Shown here in pieces: positions 7,393 through 15,446 of a stretch of 64,000 bases of DNA (the first letter of the stretch is position 1; the number at the start of each line of letters is the position of its first letter). The notes under the pieces are model-generated. The model worked only from the letters and a program-made list of their open reading frames with translations, had not been told where the DNA came from and did no database searches. This stretch comes from Myxococcales bacterium. GTDB taxonomy: Bacteria; Myxococcota_A; UBA9042. The position numbers were made by a program, and so were the translations under genes. The stretch is from the NCBI GenBank assembly GCA_023954815.1, contig JAGSHB010000003.1, positions 8,998 to 72,997 on the forward strand. Reading direction: 5' to 3'.

Positions 7393-9629
7393 CGCGTGCC
7401 TCCCACGGGTTCAAAGTCACGTGCGATGTCAGGTCCATAGGGAGCGGGCGGCGGTGCAGCGGGCGTGGGAGCCGGGGCTGAGCCGACGGGGAACTTGCCG
7501 AAGTAGCGGGTCATGATGCGCTTGGCGATGGGGCCGGCGACGTGACCACCGTGACCGCCGTGCTCGACAAAGACCGCAACCACGATGCGCGGACTTTCGA
7601 TGGGCGCGAACCCGACAAACCACGCGTGATCGTCCTTGAGCCAGCGAACCACATCGGGCGGCATACCTGGGCGAGCGCGCTGGGCGGCCTCCGCGGTACC
7701 TGTCTTGCCGGCCATGGTCACATCTTCCAGGCGAACCTTTCGCGCGGTGCCGTTCTTGCCCTCGACCACCCGGCGCAATCCCACGCGAATCGCAGCCAAC
7801 GTCGACGATTTTATCCCCATCTTCCGCGGCTTGCGGCGCGCCATGGGTGGGATGCGCTTGTTCTTGCTCTCGAACGCTTCGACGACGCTGACATTGGGCA
7901 AAGTGCCATTGCGGGCGATACCGGCGTAGACCCGCGCGACCTGCAACGGGGAGGCGGTGGCATCTTTCTGGCCAACGGCCGTCGACAGCGCAAAACCGGG
8001 GTAATAGCGGCCCATGCGCTTGGTGTACCAGGCCTTGGTCGGCACGTGCCCCGTCCGCTCGCGTACCTCCACGCCGGTGGCTTCGCCGAATCCCATCTTG
8101 CGCGCGTATTTGGCCAAACGGTCGATGCCGAGCTGCTCGCCGAGCTTGTAATAATAGACGTCACACGACTGAGCGAGCGCCTTCGACAAGTCGACTTCGC
8201 CGTGACCGCTCTTCTTGTGACAACGAAAACGGCGGCCACCAAACTCGTAATAACCAGGACACCAAAAGGTCGTCTTGGGGGTGATGAGCCCCTCTTCCAG
8301 CCCCGCCGCAGAGGCCACCACTTTGTAGGTAGACGCCGGCGGGAAGGGGTGCACCGCCTTGTTCATCAGGGGGGCGTACGGAGAGGCGTCGGTTCGCGCC
8401 TTGATCTCCGCCGTCAGCCGACCGGACCACGCGTTGGGGTCAAAACTCGGCTTGGAGTACATCGCCAGCACCTTACCGGTACGCACATCCAGCGCCACAG
8501 CTGCGCCAGAGTGCACGTGAGCCATGGCGACCTTGGCCGTGCGCTGCAAGTCGAGATCGAGCGTCAATCGCACGTTGAGCCCAGGAACTGTGGGTTTTGG
8601 CTGCATGGCCGCCAGCAGTTCGTCGAGCCCCTTGGCACGCTCGTCCCGGCCCCGTCTGCGCACCAGCACCTGCTCGCCATCCACCCCGCGGAGCAGCGCG
8701 TCAATGCCCCGCTCGAGCCCAACACGACCGACCGTATCGTTCAGTGAATAGCGCGATGGGCCACCCTCGTCGAAGGGCCGCATATCCCGCCGATTGACCC
8801 GGCTCACGTACCCCAGCAGGTGACTGGCCAGATAGCGGTAGGGATACTCTCGTTGGATCGCCGTTCGGATGCGCGTCTCGGGCAAGTCGTGGAGATGGCT
8901 GCGCAAGATCGCCACCTCATCGTTGTACGTCCGGCCGCACATCGCACACCGGAGCGCATGATGACCCTTGTGCACCGGCGTATCGTCATAGGGGCAGGTG
9001 TCCCGGTTGAGGAACTCCCGCGCACAGACGGGGCAGTGCAGGCCGTCGCCGTTGCCGCTCGCGACCAATTTTCGGCGATGAACGGGGCAGGTATGACGCC
9101 GCGGCACCCGCTCGTAGGTCCGGCCACAGGTCGTGCAAAATGCGTAGGGTTGATCGCCCACCAAATCGAGGCGATGGGAGTCGTAGGGGCAGTGAGACGA
9201 GACCAAACCGCGCCGCACAACCACCGGCTTTCGTCGTCTCGGGTCGGTCGGTTTGGACAGCTCGGCGACGAGCCCTTTGACCTCAGAGTCGGTTAGATCG
9301 AGCAAGTGACGCAGGGTTTGTGCGATCGGCGTGACCCGCTTGGCCTTGACCCGATGGCGCAGCACCTCCAGTCGATGGCTTTCGATATTGCGGGCCATGA
9401 CGTCGCCCTTTGAGCCGATAATCAGGCCGCGCGGCGCCGTCGACCGAACCTTGGACACCCGCTCGATGGTAGCGAACTTCTCGTAGCGCTCGCCGCGCAC
9501 CGCCTGCACCAGCAGCAGCCGTGCACTCAGCAGCATCATCCCAGCGGCGACCACCGCGAACGCCACGCTATTGCGGGCTTCGAAGCTGCGTGCGTCGTGG
9601 GACGGACCGAGTTGAAAGCGGGAGTTCAT
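7389..9629 (-). CDS. mrdA: Penicillin-binding protein 2 (MrdA) transpeptidase with a Cys-rich zinc-ribbon-like insertion
   Basis: N-terminal TM segment. Transpeptidase motifs (STYK-like ASTYKVV, SCD, KTGTA). Lies next to mreD and rodA. Insertion at aa 147-231 carries 4 CxxC-type pairs. Confidence 0.9.
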   Translation of the reverse strand: MNSRFQLGPSHDARSFEARNSVAFAVVAAGMMLLSARLLLVQAVRGERYEKFATIERVSKVRSTAPRGLIIGSKGDVMARNIESHRLEVLRHRVKAKRVTPIAQTLRHLLDLTDSEVKGLVAELSKPTDPRRRKPVVVRRGLVSSHCPYDSHRLDLVGDQPYAFCTTCGRTYERVPRRHTCPVHRRKLVASGNGDGLHCPVCAREFLNRDTCPYDDTPVHKGHHALRCAMCGRTYNDEVAILRSHLHDLPETRIRTAIQREYPYRYLASHLLGYVSRVNRRDMRPFDEGGPSRYSLNDTVGRVGLERGIDALLRGVDGEQVLVRRRGRDERAKGLDELLAAMQPKPTVPGLNVRLTLDLDLQRTAKVAMAHVHSGAAVALDVRTGKVLAMYSKPSFDPNAWSGRLTAEIKARTDASPYAPLMNKAVHPFPPASTYKVVASAAGLEEGLITPKTTFWCPGYYEFGGRRFRCHKKSGHGEVDLSKALAQSCDVYYYKLGEQLGIDRLAKYARKMGFGEATGVEVRERTGHVPTKAWYTKRMGRYYPGFALSTAVGQKDATASPLQVARVYAGIARNGTLPNVSVVEAFESKNKRIPPMARRKPRKMGIKSSTLAAIRVGLRRVVEGKNGTARKVRLEDVTMAGKTGTAEAAQRARPGMPPDVVRWLKDDHAWFVGFAPIESPRIVVAVFVEHGGHGGHVAGPIAKRIMTRYFGKFPVGSAPAPTPAAPPPAPYGPDIARDFEPVGGTR

Positions 9630-9734
9630 CTGAGGGACCGGAGTAGGGGGAAGATACTGGCTACCAGGGCGATCGCAGCCCCGATGGTGAGAAATACGAC
9701 CAGCGTGTCGCGATCGTACTGAAACGACACGCTG

Positions 9735-10250
9735 CTAACGGAACATCGAGCCGGCGGAGCTGCGACGTTCGAAGAGTCTGCCCGCTCTGTCGAGCAGGGC
9801 AAATTGCAGCGGCGCGGCGAGCATGGTGATGAGCGACAGGGGCAGCGCCATCCGCAAGGCTTGGGCATGGCTGCCGAATTCGCGGTGGAAAATCGTCTCG
9901 AACATCATGAACAGCCCAGTCGCAACGAGCGTCGCAATCGCTGCGGTCGCCATGAGGCTCACCGGCGAACGCAAATCGGTGTGTCGTGACGCCAACCGCA
10001 TGCCCAGAAAGACCAGTACGCCCACCTCAGCAAACACCCCGACCGGGGCCGCCAAACAGAAGCCGTCTTTCAGCAAACCGATGATAAATACGGTCAGAAT
10101 GCCGGGAAGTAGCCCACCGCGATGCGCTGCGAACATCGCCGTGATCACCAGTACGTCGGGCGCGAAGAGTTGGCTACTGAACGAACCCAGCAGCGGCGAT
10201 TCAAGGCCCAAGAGCAGCCAGGTGACGAGCAGCCATGCGACGTAATTCAT
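9735..10250 (-). CDS. mreD: Rod shape-determining protein MreD
   Basis: About 170-aa polytopic membrane protein sitting between mreC and mrdA. Confidence 0.75.
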   Translation of the reverse strand: MNYVAWLLVTWLLLGLESPLLGSFSSQLFAPDVLVITAMFAAHRGGLLPGILTVFIIGLLKDGFCLAAPVGVFAEVGVLVFLGMRLASRHTDLRSPVSLMATAAIATLVATGLFMMFETIFHREFGSHAQALRMALPLSLITMLAAPLQFALLDRAGRLFERRSSAGSMFR

Positions 10251-10334
10251 GTGCGTTCCTGGTTCCTGCGCGGGCAGGTGCTGTGGAGCCCCGTGTGAGA
10301 GGCGGTCACAGCGGGCTCAAGTGAGTCATGGGGG

Positions 10335-11195
10335 CTATAACGCCACACCGATCCCGAAGTTAATATTGAACTGATCAAGGGCCATATTCGACACATTTTC
10401 CGGCCTTTCAGTCTCCGTGAAGCCGTCGCTGGTGGTCAGTGAATTCCACGTGGTCTGCAGGTATTTCACCTCGACATGGAGCCACCACGCCCGCCCAACT
10501 CGAGAGGGAAAGAGCCGCACCCCGGCCACGTAGCCGAAGGCCCATCCACCGTAGTTGACGTGGGGTAGGTCGACCGTCTCCTCGAAGCAGTCGCCAAACT
10601 CGTCGCACACGTCCTGGGACTCCGACTCCGACGTTCCCATGGACACCAGCAGCCAATCGATGCCGACGTAAGGATCGAAGCGAGCGCCAGGCCGCGGATG
10701 CCAGAGCAGGCTTGGGCCGATGGTGAGCAGGGTGCTGACGTCGAGACCCTGACCGAGTTCATTTTCCCAGGCGCGCGTGTTGAGTGGCCCGAAACCAAAC
10801 GATAGACGCAGGCCGATGTCGAACATGCCGCCGGGGGTATGACCGCCCAAGAAGAAGTCGAGTCCGGTGCTGTCTTCAAATTCGAGCTCGTTGGCGAGCT
10901 GGGCGTTCAATCCGAATGAGCGGTCACCAAAAGCAGTGTAGTGGGCCAGCGCCATCGAAAATGACCCGCCCCAACGCTGGGGAATGCGAGCTCCGCTACG
11001 ACGGCGAGGCGGTTGACTACGGGGGCCACGCTGCTGCATGGCCGGTGGCGTCATTGGCTGGGCAGGCTGTGCCTGGGGCGCCGGTTGTCGCCGGGCCGGC
11101 GGTGCGCCAGCAGCCGGCGGGTGGGCGCTAGCGGCGCTCGACCACAACAGCCCAATCACGGCAATGAGGCAGATCCAATGGCGGTGCGTGTTCAT
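10335..11195 (-). CDS. Secreted beta-rich protein, putative outer-membrane beta-barrel, inserted between mreC and mreD
   Basis: Signal peptide MNTHRHWICLIAVIGLLWSSAASA. Pro/Gln-rich linker, then alternating-hydrophobic beta strands. RBS AAAGGAG 7 nt before the ATG at 11193-11195. The ORF track's longer N-terminus is likely non-coding. Confidence 0.6.
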   Translation of the reverse strand: MNTHRHWICLIAVIGLLWSSAASAHPPAAGAPPARRQPAPQAQPAQPMTPPAMQQRGPRSQPPRRRSGARIPQRWGGSFSMALAHYTAFGDRSFGLNAQLANELEFEDSTGLDFFLGGHTPGGMFDIGLRLSFGFGPLNTRAWENELGQGLDVSTLLTIGPSLLWHPRPGARFDPYVGIDWLLVSMGTSESESQDVCDEFGDCFEETVDLPHVNYGGWAFGYVAGVRLFPSRVGRAWWLHVEVKYLQTTWNSLTTSDGFTETERPENVSNMALDQFNINFGIGVAL

Positions 11196-11226
11196 CCACA
11201 GACTCCTTTGACCGGACATCACGACC

Positions 11227-12165
11227 CTACCCATCCGGCGTATTGGCTGGGTCCACACGCACACGTTTGCGGCGCGCGGCTTCGGGGGCCGGCAGGCTGT
11301 CGCTGTCTTTCACCACAGCCCGATAGCCCGTGACGATCAGCACCTCTTCCAAGGTGGCGAACGCGACCGCAGGCGTCAGCGTATATTCGTGGTACGGGCC
11401 GCGCTGGGTCGATTTTCCCGACGCGACATGGCCGATCTCCAACCCCGGCGGAAACACCCGATCGTGACCGGTTGTGACCACGGCGTCCCCGGGGGCGATG
11501 GGCGTCCGCCTGACCGCGCGGTCGAGGTGAACAAATTCCACGCCGAACTGTTTGCGCCTGCCCTTGCCCTTGACCGTACCGACCACACCCTTGCCGCTGA
11601 TCGACGCGTGGGCCTGACTCCGACTATCGGTCACCAGCATCACATCAGCCCAATCACCAGAGACCTTCTCGATACGCCCCACAACCCCGCCGTGGGTGAT
11701 GACCGCCAGCCCTGGCCGCAAATTCTCGATGCCATCCACGTCGATGCGAACCCGCAACACCCGGAAAAACTGGCTCACCTCTCGGCCGATGACCTTGGCC
11801 GGCACCGTGTCGAGCTCCTTGCGACCCTGTTTGAAATCACACAGCTTTTTCAGGCGCCGCAGCTCTTCCTGCAAGGCCCGACTCTTAAGCGCTTCGCCCA
11901 AAAGTAGCCGATTGTCTCGCTTGAGCTCCTCGTTATTGCGCTTGGTTTTTGTGAGCAGCACGTAGTCGTCGACCACGCCGCCCACCGAGCCGAGACTCGC
12001 ACGTGTGACCGCCTGCATCGGCGCGGTCAGGGCCATGAGCACCTTTTCGATGGGGCTGGTGTTGCGGTTGGGCTTGCCGTGCCAATACATCAGCGCCAGC
12101 GGCAAGATCAGCACGAGGCCGAGCAGGAGCGTGCCCTGATACCGTTGCAGCAGATCGCGAAACAT
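11227..12165 (-). CDS. mreC: Rod shape-determining protein MreC
   Basis: N-terminal TM segment, coiled-coil region and beta-rich C-domain typical of MreC. Upstream of mreD. Confidence 0.85.
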   Translation of the reverse strand: MFRDLLQRYQGTLLLGLVLILPLALMYWHGKPNRNTSPIEKVLMALTAPMQAVTRASLGSVGGVVDDYVLLTKTKRNNEELKRDNRLLLGEALKSRALQEELRRLKKLCDFKQGRKELDTVPAKVIGREVSQFFRVLRVRIDVDGIENLRPGLAVITHGGVVGRIEKVSGDWADVMLVTDSRSQAHASISGKGVVGTVKGKGRRKQFGVEFVHLDRAVRRTPIAPGDAVVTTGHDRVFPPGLEIGHVASGKSTQRGPYHEYTLTPAVAFATLEEVLIVTGYRAVVKDSDSLPAPEAARRKRVRVDPANTPDG

Positions 12166-12174
12166 CGCTAGCTC

Positions 12175-12645
12175 CTACAATCCGGCTTCGCGACGCGCGC
12201 GAGGCATGGCGATGAACAAGTGAGTAAACAACAGGGCGACCGTTGCTAGACCAAGGCTGACTGGTAGCCAAAACAGGGGCTGGGCACCCAGGTCGACGGC
12301 CACATCGTCGACCACTGTCCACCCGACTTGGGTCTTTTCAAAGAGCAGCGCTGTCCAAGCCAAGATGACGACTGTGCTGAACAACAGCGAGCTGGTCCGG
12401 CGCACCCAAGTGCGTCTCAGTCCAAGCCTCGCGTAATTGGCGACCACAATGGCGGTACAGAGGTTCATCAAAGCGTAGAGATACCAGTCTTCGAAGCGCA
12501 GTTTCCAGGTGATGACAGTCGTGCAGACGGCGCTTGCGAGATAGAGCCAGACCGCGAAATTGGCCAAAGCCCGCGCCCGTACACGCCAAATTCGGGGCGT
12601 GTCATCGGCGCTCACGGTCGGGGTGGATTCAGCCATCGGTCCCAT
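12175..12645 (-). CDS. Small 4-TM membrane protein of unknown function (start uncertain)
   Basis: Hydrophobic segments in a 185-aa ORF that begins at a TTG; the internal ATGs at 12643-12645 and 12634-12636 are plausible starts. Lies 10 nt upstream of mreC. Confidence 0.45.
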   Translation of the reverse strand: MGPMAESTPTVSADDTPRIWRVRARALANFAVWLYLASAVCTTVITWKLRFEDWYLYALMNLCTAIVVANYARLGLRRTWVRRTSSLLFSTVVILAWTALLFEKTQVGWTVVDDVAVDLGAQPLFWLPVSLGLATVALLFTHLFIAMPRARREAGL

Positions 12646-12737
12646 GGTGCGGGTAGCGCCAAAACGACGCCAGGGGACCAGGCGTTTGGCCGACGTGCGA
12701 CCACCTGATCCCCATGTCGTTGGCGACACCAAGAGCG

Positions 12738-13091
12738 CTAGGGCGCGTAGTCGTATTTCGCGAAGTTGGTCTCGATCTCGTCCTGCGACGGCGAGTGGCC
12801 CTTCGTGACTTCGGCGATTTCGAAGTCGTCCTCAAAATCGACCATCTTGTAGTTGAGGGCGATGTCCTCGTTGAAGACGTCTGGCGTCTCGTCCTCTTCA
12901 AAAACAGCCTTCCAGGGGCACGCGGGCTCGCAGTTGGTGCAGTCGATGCACTCGTCTGGGTTCACGTACAGCTGATCGGGGAAGGTTGCCTTATCGTCGC
13001 CGGTGTACTCGTAGATGCACTCAACGGGGCAGACATCGGCGCACGCGGTGTCCTTACAGTCTACGCAGAGTCGGGTGATGATGTAGGCCAT
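12738..13091 (-). CDS. 7Fe/8Fe-type ferredoxin (2x[4Fe-4S] binding)
   Basis: Motifs CVDCKDTACADVCP and CIDCTNCEPACP. RBS GGGAG 6 nt before the ATG. Confidence 0.9.
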   Translation of the reverse strand: MAYIITRLCVDCKDTACADVCPVECIYEYTGDDKATFPDQLYVNPDECIDCTNCEPACPWKAVFEEDETPDVFNEDIALNYKMVDFEDDFEIAEVTKGHSPSQDEIETNFAKYDYAP

Positions 13092-13140
13092 GGGGCGCTC
13101 CCTTTTTGGGTAAAAACGGTGAATCTGGTTCGGTGGCTGC

Positions 13141-14166
13141 CTAGCTCATTGCGGCGATAATGGCGTCGGCCATCTCTCTTGTCGAGGCTGAGCCGCCATG
13201 CATTGGCACAACCGCTTGACCACGGGCAAGTACTGCGGACACAGCCGTACGGATCGCATCGACTGCGCTGGTCTCACCGAGGTGGGTCAGCAGGTCCACC
13301 GCTGGCATCAGCAGAGCTAGCGGGCTGGCACACAGCTCACCGGCATCATTGGTACTGCCGCCGACGTGTTGCGTCGCTTCGAACACCCGCACGCCCTCAC
13401 CGGTATTGGCGCTGGTGACAATGAGACTGGAGCCCACGAGGCCGGCACCGATGTCGCCGAGGATGTCCCCAAACAGGTTGCCGGCGACCAGCACGTCGAA
13501 CTGCTCTGGCCGGGCGACCATCTGCATGGCGGCGTTGTCGGCGATGATGTCTTTGTGGGTGATCTGCGGGAATTCTGCCGCGATTTCCTTACCGATCTGG
13601 CGGAAAAGCCCATCGCTCATCTTCATGATGTTGGCTTTGTGCACCACCGTGACCTGCTTGCGACCCAAGCGCACGGCTTCCGAAAACGCGAAACGGATCA
13701 CTTGTTCAGCTTTGTGACGGGTCAGCACTTTGATCGTCTCAACCACGCCGGGCACGATGGTGTGTTCGATACCGGCGTAGGTGCCTTCCGTTAGCTCGCG
13801 TACCAAGATGATGTCCACGTCTTCGTAGCGACTCGGCATCCCTGCAAGACTGCGCAGCGATCGCACACCGGCGAAAACCCCGAGCCCTTGGCGCAGGGTC
13901 ACGTTCGGCGAGGTGTACCCTCCACCGACTGGCGTGCGCAGCAGGGGCTTGATGCACAACCCGATGTCCTTGATTCGTTCGATGGTGCTCTGGGGCATCG
14001 GATCGCCGCAGGCATCGACCGAGCGGACGCCGACGGGAAGCGGATGCCAGTCGATGGCCACGCCAGCGGCTTGTACGATGCGCTTCACGGCGTCGCTAAG
14101 CGCGTCGCTTGTGGGGCCGCCCTGAAGCAGGGCAACGGCGGGAACGGCGGAAATGGGCTCGCTCAT
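13141..14166 (-). CDS. Isocitrate/isopropylmalate dehydrogenase family protein; divergent paralog lacking the N-terminal GDGIGPE motif
   Basis: Motifs SPNVTLRQ, ILVRELTEGTYAG, NLFGDILGDIGAGLVG and HKANIMK. RBS AAAGGAG. Confidence 0.75.
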   Translation of the reverse strand: MSEPISAVPAVALLQGGPTSDALSDAVKRIVQAAGVAIDWHPLPVGVRSVDACGDPMPQSTIERIKDIGLCIKPLLRTPVGGGYTSPNVTLRQGLGVFAGVRSLRSLAGMPSRYEDVDIILVRELTEGTYAGIEHTIVPGVVETIKVLTRHKAEQVIRFAFSEAVRLGRKQVTVVHKANIMKMSDGLFRQIGKEIAAEFPQITHKDIIADNAAMQMVARPEQFDVLVAGNLFGDILGDIGAGLVGSSLIVTSANTGEGVRVFEATQHVGGSTNDAGELCASPLALLMPAVDLLTHLGETSAVDAIRTAVSAVLARGQAVVPMHGGSASTREMADAIIAAMS

Positions 14167-14211
14167 GGGCGGTGCTCCTTTGAATTGAACATCGAAGGCC
14201 AGGACAGTGGC

Positions 14212-15222
14212 TTAACCGTGGGTACCGAGCGCAGCCATAATCGCGTTGGTGAACTGCTCGGTATTGGCGCTGCCACCGAGGTCACCCGTGCGCACCTCTC
14301 CGCGCTCTAACACTGAAAACAAGGCCTTCTCGACGTTGTTAGCCGCTTTGCGCTCGCCGATGTGCCGGAGCAAGAGGACCCCGGACTGCACCAACGCTGT
14401 GGGGTTCGCGATCCCCCTGCCGGCGATGTCTGGTGCAGAACCGTGGACTGCCTCAAATACGGCGTATCGATCTCCGATGTTGGCGCCTGGCACCACACCC
14501 AGACCACCAACGAGACCGGCACACAGATCACTCAGTACGTCGCCATACAGGTTTTCCATGACCATGCAGTCGTACTGATTTGGGTCGATGACCAAGCCGC
14601 GAACGACGTCGTCGATCAAGCGTGCCTCGTGGGTCACAAAGGGGTAGCCATCGGCCACCTGATTGAAGGAGTCGAGAAAAAGGCCATCGCTCAGCTTCAT
14701 AATCGAAGCCTTGTGGACCAGGGTCAGCTTGTCGCGGCCCTCGTTGCGCACATACTCGTTCGCCCAGCGCGTAATCCGCTTGCAGGCCCGCTCAGAGATG
14801 ACGCGCAGGGTCTCGACGACCCCTTCCACCGGAGAGTGCTCACGACCCGAGTACAGCCCTTCGGTATTTTCTCGAAAGACGACCAAATCCACGTTTTCGT
14901 GACGCGTCGGCACACCAGGAATCGACTTCACCGGTCGCAGACTGACGTACAGGTCGAGCGCTTGCCGGATAGCGACATTGACTGAGGTGAAGCCGTGACC
15001 GACGGGCGTGGTGATCGGCCCCTTCAGGGCGACCCGGGTCTGCTCGACACTGCGTAGGGTCACGTCGGGCAGCGGCGTGCCGTGGCTTTGTACCGCAGCG
15101 GCCCCCGTGGGAACTTTCGTCCAGTGAATATCCACGCCAGCTGCGGCCAAGATGCGAATCGTCGCGGCGGTGACCTCTGGGCCGATGCCGTCGCCTTCGA
15201 TGAGGGTGAACTCGTACGTCAT
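14212..15222 (-). CDS. NAD(P)-dependent isocitrate dehydrogenase, IDH3/homoisocitrate-dehydrogenase-like
   Basis: Internal start MTYEFTLIEGDGIGPEV, then SVNVAIRQ, VVFRENTEGLYSG, NLYGDVLSDLCAGLVGG and HKASIMK. Confidence 0.8.
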   Translation of the reverse strand: MTYEFTLIEGDGIGPEVTAATIRILAAAGVDIHWTKVPTGAAAVQSHGTPLPDVTLRSVEQTRVALKGPITTPVGHGFTSVNVAIRQALDLYVSLRPVKSIPGVPTRHENVDLVVFRENTEGLYSGREHSPVEGVVETLRVISERACKRITRWANEYVRNEGRDKLTLVHKASIMKLSDGLFLDSFNQVADGYPFVTHEARLIDDVVRGLVIDPNQYDCMVMENLYGDVLSDLCAGLVGGLGVVPGANIGDRYAVFEAVHGSAPDIAGRGIANPTALVQSGVLLLRHIGERKAANNVEKALFSVLERGEVRTGDLGGSANTEQFTNAIMAALGTHG

Positions 15223-15446
15223 GGTGCCTGAGCCTCCAGCGCGGCGATCGCGCGGCCGGACCTTAGCGATCAGGACCCGTCTGGGCAACCGGCCGCGCTG
15301 TATCCCGTCAACAATGGAGCAAGAATGGAGTTCGTGATGGCGCGGCCTCTGCGCGGACACAACGACGCGCGAGCTCGCCGCTGCCAGACACCGACCGGTG
15401 AGGTGTATACGGGAAGGTGCGTTCGGCTTGGAGTATCACCTGAAAA

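Noticed and set aside
9626-9868. 80-aa minus-strand ORF spanning the mreD/mrdA junction
   Set aside because: It overlaps the mreD C-terminus out of frame, has no RBS, and is Cys/Pro/Arg/Ser-rich with no motif. Most likely intergenic noise.
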